From Balanoglossus misakiensis (taxonomy: Eukaryota > Animalia > Hemichordata), in NCBI GenBank assembly GCA_040954595.2, contig CM082589.2:6259186-6323185 (forward strand): 64,000 bases of DNA, in the 5' to 3' direction. This document shows positions 13,985 to 28,400 of the stretch, in pieces. Position numbers and translations under genes: made by a program. Every line of letters starts with the position of its first letter. Within the stretch, counting starts at the first letter, position 1. The notes under the pieces are model-generated. The model saw only the letters and a program-made list of their open reading frames with translations. It was not told the origin of the DNA and did not search any database.

Positions 13985-16900
13985 GTAAGTTAAACATTTA
14001 GCTCTTTCTGCCTGTAAGATAAGCTAAATCCCCTAAAAAGTTAGAATAATAATAATAGTCAGGAAAAGTTTCTTGAAACGCGAGTCATCAAAACGCGTAT
14101 GCTGAGACTTAGCATAATGCAGTACTTATCTGTATTGCAATGTTGCAAGTATAAATTTTCATGGCAATTGTTGGTTCCAGTATTTTAAGGTTCCATATTC
14201 CGTCAGCAATTTTTGGGTCTCGGAGTTTTGATTATCTTTAGCTCCGGTGGTGACGTAGGACGCACCCTGACGTTACTTGGTTGATGTCTGGGCACCATTT
14301 AAGCACCACTTGAGACCGCGACTGCTTGCAAATAGCAACACTCTCAAAAATAAGCGCAACGTGGCTAAGTAGTGATATTGTCGAGTTTCAGACGAGAAAG
14401 TAGAATCCCAGCCGGGTCTGATCAAATATTGTTTTGAAGTCAAACAGGGCAGTTTTCTTAATAAGTGGACAAGTCCCCCGCCGACCAATTTATCGCACAG
14501 ACACCTGTGTAACTATGAAAGCGGAAATAGGACACCTGCATTGTACACAGAAGGTGAAGAACTTCAACTAGCTATTACTCCTCGCCAATCCTTCTCGTAT
14601 ACACAGAACGCCACGCAATGAAACATGCCTTCAACACAACACGCTTTGCGCATGCTATTACACTGCGACACCTTCCCTTTCTCCTGCTCAATGATTGCGG
14701 TTATAACCGTTGGCAAAGTAACGTGGCGTTAAAATAAAGAACTGTTAACCTTTGCAGAGCATGTTGCATTCTACGCTCATGTACTGCCCGTGGAAAATCT
14801 CATAAAAGCCCTTGTCTCCATTTAAAATCCGGGACAACGCATCTTAAATATGCAATAAAATTCAAAACTATGTAGCAACGTGCAATTTGATTTATCGAGC
14901 ATGTTTAACCCGCTCTCTGCGGTGTTTCAAAGCGTGCAAATTTATTCTGAAAATTTATGAAGACTTTCTCTATATCGACATGCAATCACCACTCGTCGAA
15001 AACAAAACTCACAGGAACGACCGTTCCCGCTACAGTCTCCAACTATGTATGAGGGATAAAGTGTTTGCATGGATTTTCTTTCGCCAGCCGTTAGAATGCA
15101 GGCCAGACTGACAGCGGTGGTCCAATCAAATATTGGTTTTCGAAGAAAGTCCATGTCTGACACGATTTGTCCATCTGACTGTCATTAGTAAACGATTTCA
15201 TCTAAGGAACCTCCATGCAGTTATGTTAACGAGACTAGTCAGTATTTCGCAGATCATGCGATAGTTTTTTTCCCAATAACCGTTGAAAACTAATCGACGC
15301 TTCTATGGGATGAAATAAAACGCACACTAGCTGAACATACATCTTGAAACAGAATTCGATGTGAAACCCTGCTCGCTAAATGTTGGAATGTTGAACACGC
15401 CAAGTCAAGTCGCGCTTCCGCGGTCGTTACACGTGAGATGGCCCGTGAATATAGACACCAACAAACGAGCAAGACCTGTCAAATTTAGCGGAAATTCCCT
15501 CTGATTGGAGCAGTCAAGCGAAGGAGCGAAAGGCGTTCAACGGCGCCCAATTTCACGCGTTGGGTCATGGACAAATTGCAATCAGATTAGAACACGATGC
15601 CTATACCGTACCATAGCATAGCACGCTATACGCAGAGCACGTAAAATTGCACAATATAATCCAATGGGCCATCTCACGCCGACTGATCGCCTCCGTGAAC
15701 TAATGCAAGTCTTTTACTACTTTCTGAACTTAATTATCTCAGAATATTTAACCTACATGTACCCTCACCACAAATCACTTACTGCGACCGAACACCAGCC
15801 CTTCACGTCATAGTATGCAAGAGTTGGCATGGTTTTTGCTTTCGACAGCATACGCGATATTCCAATACCTCAAATAATTTTTACAAGGTATCACATTTAC
15901 AGCCTACACTTCATACTGCAATACTCAAAAATGTTTCCGATAACGACGTAGACTTCGGAAACATAAATGAGCAACACCCGGCGGCAAATCTCAACATCAC
16001 CACCTTGACAGGAGGTGTGAGGAAAATCACTTTGGATAATAAGCGAAAAAAAGAGCTTTCCGCTTTGACTGGAGGGCTGAAGTATTTTCAGGGGGCCATT
16101 AGTCTTTAATGGTTTTATTTATTCCCATGGAGATAATATATAAAACATCAATCTGCCACACTAGAGAGACCACATAACGTTTCGATTGAAAACATCGACA
16201 GGAAAAATTAGAATAATGGGTCCGTCAAACTTTTGGCGCCGTTAGTCCCACTAACCACAGCCAGAGAAGATATCCTGGCGTGCGTTTTAAGAATATCTGT
16301 TCACAGAATATACTGTAGAGACGTTTGATAAATATAGTATAACCAAATATACCAGGATATCTGAGTAGATTACCGTTTGGGCATTATTATACTTTTTAAT
16401 ACTCGCAAAGTTTCTGCTAGGTCACTAGTTTGGGAAGTCGAACTATTGAAAAGAAATGCTTAATGTGGGTTCGTTACTGGTAGCTTATCCTTCGATATAT
16501 CATTGTACATATCGAAGTACTGCACTTCAGTTTGTCATGTGTACTAGTATGACATTTTCATGGGACTCGTACGCTGAGATACACACCCCGCCGTTAAAGA
16601 ACATGACTCACACTACATACAATTGGCTTTAATTAAGAACTGCTTAAAATAACCGAGTTGTATTTTCAACATACACAATATCGAACTTACAAAAAAGGGC
16701 AATTCAATACATGGGTGTTTTTTGTACTTTATTCTCCCCTACACATAATCCTCACTGTCATGACGTAAATTTTTGAACTAACTGACGAAATCGTATAGAA
16801 TTAGAGTTGGGATGTGTTTTTCTTCTTTCACATGCCAGACACAAGGAAGAATTAGAATTGCAGTGTATAGCTCTTCTAAACCAGTAGACGCCTGTGTTGC

Positions 16901-18088
16901 AATATCGTTGCCATGGTAAAAGTCTTGTCGCCAGACAGTAGTTAGCGTTTTTTATGTCGCGAAATGAAAGTGAAAAAAGACTAAAGCAATATTAGCTAGG
17001 AGAGAGAAAGCTGGTCATATCGGAGCATGCCTCGTACTCACATGCACAAACATACTGTCGTGTAAGCCCTCTCTTCATCCATGACAGGCAGTTTAATTAC
17101 AAAGGAACAGCGCTGAGCATGCGCTCTCGGTACACAGATCAGACGGTGGCTACGATTCAGTGCGTTTAATTAACATCGTAGCTCAGTCATGGTGGTGTTG
17201 GGTGATCTATAACAGATCCAAGAGATCGAATGTCCGCTTGACAAGATATGCAACATGTCATGTGGTCTTTTTCCTGGCGACAAGACTTCGCTTTCATCGC
17301 AACAATTTCACGAACATATTGCACTTCAACGCAATGTCATCAGGGTTAAATAACACTTACTGAGAAGTGATCTTCAAAATGGGCTCTGCCAATTTTCGGA
17401 CACACGCATTCTTTTGTTACATAAATTATTTTGGAAGGACGTTGTCAGATATAATACTGTCATCATGTTGCTTTCTTTGAAACTAAGATAGTTTCGGTTT
17501 TGAAAGGCGCGTTGGAGTCGTGTGACAGCTTAGATTGGCTTTTCCATGAATATTCAAACGTCCAGCCAAATGGAGTACTCCGTAAAATAGTTTGACTGTT
17601 CAAAAGAAAACGCCGGTTTCAAGTAATTTAAACATTCAAAAAATTATCTGGCAAGCCAATTTCGCTAGTATTCCTTAATGATTAACAGGCAAGTTGTCAC
17701 AAAGCCATGATGTAGTATAGTTATCTATATTTGACTCTAAAATTAAAAATCGTTATTCTCCGCCATCACATGCATTAATAACAAAACGTCACAGAATTTT
17801 GTCATGCGTAATTAGTTCAGTATAATTTTGTAAACATTTGATTAATCCACTGTCAGTCTGGCCTGCATGCGATAATATATAGTTTTACTACTGAGACTCA
17901 GACTTATTAGTTTTAAAATTATCTAAGATGCCCTAGGGGCTTCAGTTATAGTGTATAGGTGCGTACAAGAAACGTATCTTGTGAAGTCGCTGCAGTGTTA
18001 TATCATAGTTCAGAAGGTTAGGGAGCCCTGAGTTTGTCTGTAACAATGCAAATGTACTGATAGAGAATAGTTACATTTTGTATTCGTG

Positions 18089-18446
18089 TTAAGGTAGTGT
18101 GCGCCTCGAAAATAAAGTCTTCACCTTTTTCTCTTATTTTGCTCGTTACAACTTTAGAGTATTCCCCCGTAAACGTTACAATGAAAATTGGTGGTCATCG
18201 TGCAAAATTTGGAATGCCGGAGCAAACTTGTGTCTCTAACTTGAAATTCAAAATGGCCGCCAATCAATGTGTACAGTCTATGGAGGAAATTTAATGTCGC
18301 GATTTTCATGAAAACAAGACGGAGAACACCCCGTTTCCTTCATTGTTTGCAAAAAGACTCCCCATACACGTTAATATATCAAAGAATTGAAAGGTTTGGC
18401 GGACAATCATTATTCTTAAAATATATCCCCGAGGCGCATACATCCT
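18089..18446. mobile_element. Non-autonomous DNA transposon (MITE), TTAA-associated, possibly Kolobok or piggyBac type
   Basis: Left end ttaaggtagtgtgcgcctcg and right end cgaggcgcatacatcct form imperfect terminal inverted repeats. No coding capacity. Confidence 0.6.
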
Positions 18447-19945
18447 CCAGCGTGCAAGTCGTACATGTACATGTATTTGTATTGAACACTGGGGTTAAGA
18501 AGCCACTGATTAGATTCAGATGTTGATTAGCTTTCCGCGCATCAGCAGCGACGGGTAATTACGCTGCAGTTCATAATTATTTGCACGGAGACGTGAATGT
18601 ACGTTGACATCGGATAGACAACTTGATAAACGTCCCCACTAAACGTTTCGAAGCAAATGGATATTGAAATGAGATCCCCGACAGCTGAAGTCAAATCTTT
18701 AAAACAACACGCACACGGAAATAAACCGCTTTCCGTATTTATTAAATGCCTAATCGATTTTAGTTCTATCATTGAAATAACGACTATGTAAAATGCTTGC
18801 TAAACATTTGCACATATCTATTGAGTCATGTCTCACCTGGTAATGTTTTTGCACTTGACGTACAAAGAAAGACATATATGTCAAATAAAAGGCACGCGAA
18901 AAACCATGGTTACCGAGATCAGCTAGTATACTCCTACTACATGTATATCCCTCACTGTTAAAAGAATACCGATTTTGCAAATGGCAAATATATTGTTAAA
19001 GATTAGGCGAAAACCTGTTGTCCTCGTCGAAGCACGTCACAAATTGATAAAACAACCGCACACAGAAAATCTGTAAAATGCAGTTCGGGGGCCAAATCTC
19101 ACCTTGCAATGTAACAAACAACATTTGCCATATACAGCTGCAGATGTTACACACGCAAGTGTTAAGTCGCATTTATCCGGATGCATGTAGCTCATAAAAA
19201 GTTTAGTTTTACTAACTAGAAAAGGATTGATAAATTCGTCCATTAGGTTTCGCCTGCGGTTTCACTGAACATTGTTGACGATTTATCGTACGGTAATCCT
19301 CCGCTGTCCTTGCCATGGGAAAAGTACTACAAAGATTTATTATCCTCGTGATCACAATAACCTTCTGTTTACCACTCATTATGTCAGGTTTCGCGTGATT
19401 TATATAGGCAAATAAACATGCAAGATTATTAGCAAAGAAATTTAACCCGATACCCTGGAACGCTGTAAAATATAATATTCTCAAGGTGACAGTTTAACAA
19501 GCATCGTATTACATACAAATTGTAGTGGAGTGACTCCCCTTAATAATATTCTAACCATGACATGCAAATGTTAATCCGTACGAGAACCATGACAAGATAT
19601 ATGCAGCTATCTTTTAAGGGTTATCATACCGAATATGATAAATAGATTATAAGTGTTTCTAACATGAGGAAAGGTATATGAAGAAAGCGAAGAGTGTTTA
19701 ATCGCATTACAGTGAGAAGCAGATTCCGGCTCTTCATTTTGCACTACATGTCATTTGCTTAAGCCACCTTAAGCTTGCAGGCTTAATGAACAGACACTTC
19801 AGGTCACACTTCAATGCCCGCTACAGTGCACCTGATACCGTGAAAATTACCACTAGGCATGTTCCTTCCGCGGGAAACTAATCTGAATATGAATAACAAA
19901 TTACTAATCACACATTTCTATGGAAGTAGCATGAAAGAATGTCAT

Positions 19946-19984
19946 GTCTGTCTGTCTGACTGTCTGTCTGTCTGTCTGTCTGTC
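19946..19984. repeat. (GTCT)n microsatellite
   Basis: Direct repeat. Confidence 0.85.
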
Positions 19985-21573
19985 AGAGAGCAATAGTTGT
20001 AGTTTTCTACCAACTAAAGTCATTCATTACAACGAGATGCTTTCTTCATTGGTAATAGCCGTTTGGGTTTTTCACTTATGATTTGACTAACTGACGATTT
20101 CACAGTTAAGGACTCTAGTAGTTGGTGCAAGTCTTCAGCAAAGCAATTCATTGATATTCCTACCGAGTGCTTTTCTCACACGACTTGAAAACATTCCTGG
20201 CTGAATAATACTCAACGAGTGATTCTGTAAAAAGGAGTTTTAATTAAAAGTCACACAAAGTTACTTTAATCTTTTCTGAAAAAAGGCTTTGAAGTTTTGT
20301 TGCCTTTGAAGTACATTAAACATGCAAACAATCCCATCGTCAATAATGTTCAAGTACAATCAATGTGAGAAAAATAAGCGAACGTGTCTTTTTATCCATT
20401 CTGTAAGTAATTCGCTCGGAACAAAATGCCGCTAAAGGTATTTCTCTGAATAGTGCCTATTATATTCGCTCTATTAAGATATTGCAGTTATTCAGAAAGT
20501 AAACAATAAAAAACGCTCGTGATTTCCTTTCAGCTAAGAGAGTAAAAACACGCATTTTCCCCAAAACGCATCGTTCCGTTAGTAACTTTAAACTCATCCA
20601 TTTTTGTCAGATGTTTACTTTGCTATGAGCCATGACGAAATGCAGACGCACTCATAGAGCTTTTGAATCACGGGGTTGCTCTTACTATTTTTTCAGAACC
20701 CAAACCACAAACATGCAGAGCATGCTTGCTTAATTAAAATGCTATGACGTCATCGTCTGATCCTGCATTGGTTTACAGACTCAATTAATTGATTTCTGCG
20801 AACATTGTGAGTAAAATATTGGGGTTTTACAGCATTCCACTGACGTCAGAATAGTAACGATACATTTGCATTGTCTATTACGAATATTTCCCTCTAGTAT
20901 ACTAATTCCGGAATCGAGGTTTACATTTTAATTATCTTCTATTCTAACATTGTAGTGGTATTATATTAATGTCTTTGGTATTAATAAACATTGTGTATTT
21001 ATCTTTCCTATAACAGTTTGACAGTAAAATGAAAATATAATATTAGCGAGGGTTTTCATGAACTTGATATTAAACATGACACATACGGAAACACGAAACA
21101 GAAGCCGATATATACATGTAGCTATAAACATGAGCGTGTAGTTCAGACTTCTTGAACCACTCAAAATGGTTCCTAAAACACAGCATGACGCTGTCATAAT
21201 GTTGTCTGTTTTGCAGCCAAAATTCATCAAGAAATGTGTTCCTTGTTTGATGATGATTGACTCTTGAATGTCATATAATTTTACAGCTGTGTGTTTTTTT
21301 CCTTTTACCGCTAATCATTTCAATGTGGCGGTAAATGTTTACTCCCCCTGGCATACGCGTCATCAGTGACCGCGCGAACGGCGTCACCATATATGACTGA
21401 ATAGTCATATTACGCGGGTGTTTTGCAAACTCGATGTCTATCGTAAACATTTATGTATCACACAACACTTGTGAGAACATTGTAAAACTTCATGGCAACT
21501 ATGTGTTCAAATTTTATCGCTTTGAAAAGCACTTTACTTTAAACAGATACACATGCCACGTCATTGCACTTCG

Positions 21574-21739
21574 TATACATACATACATACATACATACAT
21601 ACATACATACATACATACATACATACATACATACATACATCCATACATACATACATACATACATACATACATACATACATACATACATACATACATACAT
21701 ACATACATACATACATACATACATACATACATACATACA
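21574..21739. repeat. (CATA)n microsatellite
   Basis: About 40 units with one interruption. Confidence 0.97.
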
Positions 21740-22351
21740 ATACAGAAACGTAAGTCGATTGACGCGTCTTCTGAATAACACCTCATAGACAGTTTGAATA
21801 GCTCTTGAAATGCGTGAGCCCTTTCACTCGAGTATTACCTCCAAGTAAAGCGTATACTATAGAACACACCTGGGCACAATGTGCATGGAAGCAACATACA
21901 CTTCATACCTAAACACCTTTGTGGATACTGTCACCACAAGGCTCCATCTGTAAAGGAGGGTTCAAACGGAAGTTTAATAAATACAGCGGGGGAAATCCAC
22001 TGATTAATTAGAAGCGAGTGACCCTAGCTCGGCTGCCACTGACTCGCTTGTCGGGGCACAAGCAACTGCTTCCAAAACCGCAAGGGAATAGCCATGGTGG
22101 TTTTGTTCGCTGGAAGTTAAAAAGGGCAAGGCAGTCGAACTATATAGCTTTCGAGATTTAATTTGTGGAATCTGTAAACTGACCAAGTGAATGAGTATTG
22201 AGTGACATCTGAAAGTATCGACCTCTGCTGTTTAATAACGCATGCCTATTGAAGTACATGTAAGATGTATGCTTGTACCCCAACACAAGAAATGGTGATT
22301 TTCCGTTAATATAATGATACATATAATTTTGTTTATCATTTTTCGTTACAG

Positions 22352-22439
22352 ATGTTTTGGCTGTCAATGTTCTTCTTTACAAGTCGTCTGCCAGGCGTTT
22401 ATCCTCTTTTGGTGACAAACTTCGATCCGTCAAACCCCG
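22352..22439 (+). CDS. aGPCR exon, signal-peptide-like ([29 protein letters not shown])
   Basis: Polypyrimidine tract and ttacag acceptor, donor g|gtaagt, phase 1 matches the next exon. Confidence 0.75.
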
Positions 22440-25400
22440 GTAAGTAAAATGAATATTGGCTCAAACGGATCCAAATAATTTTAGTTATTATACATCTGGC
22501 ACTGAGAACAATGGAATTTAGCGTGCGCTAAAAAGCCTTACGGAACCGGCACGTACTTAAGTTTCAAGGCGCCCCAACGTACTCACCGTGTACAGGTATT
22601 CACTGTTGTGCGGACGGTTTCAAGACACCACATTCCAACGCACGTAAACATAAAAGAAAGATGGCTGCTCACTGTTTCAGCTGAGCGGTTTACGATCGAT
22701 TGTATCGGCATTTGGGGCGTTTTTAAAGCCAAGTAACATGCAACACAAGAACTAACGGAGATGTAAGATGTATAATAATAATAAGGATATTATGAAAATA
22801 CCGCAAAGTATGCACTCGGACATTAGCGCAGCGATATTGGGCGCTTATGTCCTCGTGCATACTTTGCGGTATTTACGTAATAACCTCATATTATGTCACA
22901 TAATGTTCTGGTTCTGAAATTAATGTGTTTGGTTGATTCACGAAATCATTAACTAGTAACCGTAGCAATTTTTACCTATGATCCTCTAAAGGTTTGATTC
23001 ATCTGCTCATCGATTCAATCTTCACTTAATCAGCAAATGCACGATTTTTTTCAGTTTGTAGTACGATCGATGACCCTGACCACTACTGGGACTTCTCTGG
23101 TAGATCAGATCATTGGGTTGACCAGACATCGTCGACTTGCACTGCAGACGTAGGAGCGACCATCTTTGAAAATGGAGCTGTAGTTATGGGGTCTATGACA
23201 GGCAATATTAACGCGGGAGGGGCCGCCATGACGTTCACGTCCTCGTACCCTTCAAATCCAGAGGTCAACAGCCAGATATGCGCTGTGCAGCTTGACAACG
23301 ATTACGTCGATTTCGGAACCGTGAACCTCGTCTGTCTTGGAAGCGTCGGTCTCTGCACATCCGGGTTCTCGCTTTCCCTTTGGCTCCGCTACGGCCTGGC
23401 TAATAACGCGCTGACCGAACGGTATATCTTCAACACCGGTGGCCACACGGAGAGCGGTAGAGGATTCAGCGTGTCAGTCGAACCCTCCCCGGCCTCGCGA
23501 TTGGTGTTTGAAATGATGGCTCCGGCAGGCGTGGGCTTCCTCAACCACCTGGTCTACAAAAGTGCGTTTCCGGACGACACCTGGTTCCACGCCATATTTG
23601 TTTACGATAACCCGACGGATACAGGAACTATCTACATCAATGGCCTGCCTGTCGTTCCCGCCGAACAGCAGAGCAACGTCATCGCAGAGGCTGCCCACAC
23701 GGCGACAGGTATGTTGACGAGAATTGAGCAAGGTTTGACTACAGTTTAGTCAAACATGCCATGATATAAATGAAATCACACATACAGGGAGATAAACACA
23801 TGAAAACTTTATTAAATGCCTGATAAATTTTAGTTCTATCATTGAAATAACGACAACCGTGCCATCTGCGAGAAATTTCTCACGCTACAGTAATCACAAG
23901 TTAGACAAGACAAGACAACACAACACAACGTAACACAACGCAACATAAAGCATACAATACCAAGAGCGTTACAACGCGAAATATGTGCCCGATTTCTTTC
24001 GCTTGTAAACTTTGTGTTGCTCTTCGCGCCAGATTTCCACGTTGGCGGTCCAAATGACGACACGGGAAGCGCTTCCAAGAGAGCGACCGTGGCCATCAGT
24101 GACATGTTTGTGTATTATCGCGCTCTCAATGCCACGGAGGTGAGGGACTTTCATGAGTGTCAAAATCCAGGTAGGTTTAATGATTACTTTGTATCGTCTT
24201 TATCAGTTGCCGTCCCAGGTGTGGGAAAATTCGACTATTACTTTTTTCCAAAGGCAATTAAGTCTGAAATGCATGTATAGTAAAATTGTTGCAGTAACGC
24301 CAACGAAATTTCATCGTACGTGAATATACATGTATGTTCACGAATATTACATCATTCTGTTTTGCTTTCCACAGATGCGTTTCTTACAACACTCCCTCCG
24401 TCTACAATCGCAACAACCACTCTCTCAGCTCTCGTTCAGGTCAGTCAAATATTTTGTCAAATTCCACATATACTGAAATTTGCTTGTAATTAATGCCTGT
24501 CTAACTATAACGAAGACTACTGACTTGCACTGCACCATGTACCAACGACTGGTAATTGTGCAAAATACCAAAACCACCATACATGCATGTGTCTGCGTTG
24601 CATACTATTGAGATTATCGATACCGGCTGTGGAAAGGGTGGTAGTAACGTCATTTCTTGCATTTCGCACCGAGCAGCTGCAAGACATTCACGATGACGGT
24701 CGCTCTGAGGTTTATATTTCACACGGCACTACACTGGGTGATCTGAGGGCGTTTACAGCGGGCCATGGTGACCAGTACACGCTGGACGAGATGAAAATAA
24801 TTGCCGAGACGCTTTCTCTGGTGGCTCCAATGGCTTCTCAGAACAGGTCCATGACAACGGTGAGTGACGGCCCACGATACCTTGTACTTCAGCAAAGAGA
24901 CTTTCCGGTCATGGTCATGTCAATACATGGTTTTTCGCCCATTGGGTTACACATGAGAATGTCCTCCCATACAAACTGCCAAGTCACGCAAGGTCTCGCA
25001 GGGTCTCGCGGAGTTCGGAAAATAGTATATTGTCAATGTCAGCGCGTTTCTGTAAAAGGGTTATAACACTTCGTTCTGAAAAAATGCAGGGCCTTTCTCA
25101 AGGTGGGTGGCGATGTGACGCAGAGGTATTGTCGACAGGAAGTTGTCCGAAGAGATAAACAAAGCACTTGAATCGTACATGTGTTGTGTACTTTATCGCG
25201 GAATATGAAATACATCGAAAATGCTAGACTTGAGACTACAGCCCACATTATTCAATCAATGACAAGCTTAGCCTTATTGAGCATTTCGGTGGCTAATACT
25301 ATCGACTACATACATACACAAATACAGATAATTGAAAGATGTTTTCGCGGTTTTGACGAAATTCATAGGTTTTGTGTTATTCTCGAAAATACATTCTGTC

Positions 25401-28400
25401 TATACTACACCATACCTCTGACTGTTTAATGTTACTGACCACTAGCTATGAACTAAGTTAGCAATTTCACTTGAAGTGCTCAATCATTTATTTCCAGTCA
25501 CGCATGGAAAGTGTATATTTTAAATGGTTTACCCTGTGCGTATTCATCCATCTTTTGAATATTATAATCAGTGTGTCTGACAGGCCGGTTTTGAGTACTG
25601 GGAAAAAAGCAAATGTCGCAAAAATATTTCTCGATCAATTACCCATTGAAGACACGTTATTGATATTAATATTCATATCGTCAACCATTCGGTCCTAATA
25701 GGCGCAGTTTTAGTTATTCTGCCAGCGTCATTGCGGTAACTTATGCCTCGTCACGAGAAAAACAGTCAGGGCTTTCAAAGGGCTGGGTCGCGTCGCGTGT
25801 ATTGTGCAGTTCAATGAAAGGCATGCTTAGTTTAATTAACCAGGGTTAACCCTCAACATTCACTGCATCTAATCGCTCACTTGGAGGGGCAGTCATGCGC
25901 TACCATTCACATTTCCGGGATTTTCTCGAATCCTTTCGCGCGGTAAAGAGACAAGTCTCTCAGAAAAAGGTGGATTAACATTTCCCGCTTGTATATACTG
26001 TCGGACTCGCAGACATGTACGTGTTCGTACCGATAAGAAAAGGATCAAATTAATTTCCTCGCATAAAACACAATGACCTTAATATGTTGTTCTCAAAGTA
26101 CTGTGCTCATCGCAGAAGGCATGGATGCCAATTAAATTTGGCTGGCCACTGTTGAATATCAAGGCTTTGGCCATAACAACTTTAATTTGTTCAAAATAAT
26201 TAAATATCCCGATTTAAATCAAGAAAAAAACAATCAGAGCTAAATGCGATGACCAAAGTAGCCCCTCCTAAATAATATTCGAAATTATAAATCTATCACT
26301 GACTAAGAACGTTTATACTTTTATTCCATTCCAGGATTTCCTCGGAATTTGCAGTGATGTGTTCGACTCCCTTGAAGAGGACAGAGATGATAAACCACAG
26401 GTTTGTGATGATCATTATGATATAATTATGTATTGTAGTTATGAGATGGAAAGGAAGACTGCATGTGCTTTAATCAAAGTGCATTGTGTCCACCTGTAGA
26501 TTAGAACTCTTCTTTGTCTGATGATCGTAACAGCTAGAAACACGGAGTCACAACTAAGCTGAGAGAGAGAGGGAGAGAGGGGGGAGAGACGGACAGACAC
26601 ACAGACAGAGACAGACAAGCAGAGAGACTGAGACAGAGAGAGAGCGAGCGAAAGAGAGATACAAGATACCGTTTGCATGAATTTTGACGAGTGATTGAAT
26701 TGCGAAATACATAAGACGCGTGTTAGCTTCATGTGGCATTTGTATGAGTAGTACCTGATATTATCAGGATAAACTGTGAAAGAGTAATGGATGTACATAA
26801 TTCTTCATTTAACTGTCTGCCGCGTTCCGCAGTGAATGCGAAAAAAATATGATGTACTGTGGGCACATGTGCGTACGAACTCCACTATAGGCACTGGTGA
26901 CACTAAGCTGATTACGGCAGCGGATTAATGCGATCATAAATTAAATGCAAAAAGAAGTCATACAAGGATTGTGCTAATAGTTGATATATGATTGATCCAC
27001 CGCGGGTGCCTCCGTCGAAACGAATGATTATTCCGAGGCTAGTCTGTAGAAAGTTCTTATCTCCCCACGGCGGCTTTCTCTCATAATGTCAAAATTTCTG
27101 CTGGATTAACTCAGTTTTTAAAGAAAGAGTGCCTGGTTGGCCGTTGCGTGTCGCATGGATTATCGTCGCTTTACGGGAAACGGGCTTCATCGCCTGCGCA
27201 ACTCGAATAAATTGCGTTGCTGATCGCTGCTAGCTGAAATGGTCGTCTGTTGAACATATATTAACAGTGGGCAAAATAGCGCAAGGTTCATCTCCGACAC
27301 ACACACACGCGTACGCATGCAATGTTCTGGAGGAGTTCTCCCGAATTTTAATGACACAGAGATCCAAACGGCAGCTACAGTGTTAATCCTGAATCAAATT
27401 TCTACATTGCTTACATGTTTTTTTTTCAACCAAGCAAACGAACAATGCCCATCCCTCAGCGTTTTCCATTTTAGAAACATTTAAATTTAATTTCCTCAAA
27501 CATAATAACACGTAACAAAAATTAATGACTTGAAGCCATGAATCAAATATAGCGATGTTTAATATTATAGTTTTGCTGTAATAACCTGCCCTGGATATAG
27601 GACAACATTGATATTTTTTTCGAAATCATGTTCAGTGCACATGCGCAATGACTCATCGTGTCTCCAAGCCTGGGATTAAACGGCGTCATGTCGATAATTT
27701 CGTTTTAATTGACGGAAAACTTAGTGAAAGAACATAGACTCATTTTAGGCTTAAGATACTGACCCGCGGCCGGTAAAACTCAGAGAAAAGACGACATCAC
27801 CCCATGCCTGGATGGAGACATCTGTGCAGTTCACTAAACTGGCAAGTCCCCCCTCCCCCCCGGAGGCATTATTCGAAATGCCCCTTCAGCGATCTTGCCG
27901 ACGCATTGATGGGCCGGTTAATGGTAATTGGATAAATGTTCCCTCGTCTTTCCAACGCGCAGAAACAATAAATCTTAATCGCGTTGCCCTATACGAAAAG
28001 CATTCTGCGCGTGATCTGAAATAGGTAACGGATATTGCCACCAAACAATGCAACGGTTATTTGGATCAGAGCGGAGAGTGCGTTTTTATTGGTCCACTAA
28101 CCTTGAACGCGATAATGAATATATGGACTCATTGCTCATTACAGGTGATATCTTTCTTGACCGGCAAGTTCATGTACCTTCTGGATTCATTCGTTGAGAG
28201 GGTGGCGACTGCGCATGACTGCGATGATCCTGTTCTCGAGGTTGACACCCCAAACATCGGTAAGATACGTGGAAAATCAGCAAAAGCAAATAGTAGCAAA
28301 AACGAGATATACCAAATCACAGATCACCGAAGAATGTAACATAAACATATCCTTGCTACGCATGGTCATAAGGGAAGCGTCAGTATCTCGTGTACTGTCA

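Noticed and set aside
15931-16518. Short hairpins at 15931-15964 and 16490-16518 as terminators or Helitron ends
   Set aside because: Stems of 9-10 bp are expected by chance in 64 kb, and there is no adjacent CTRR end or other support.
21434-21788. Multiple ORFs with HTYI/CMYV repeats (similar cases at 329-672, 28605-28889 and 63679-63952)
   Set aside because: These are translations of stop-free microsatellites.
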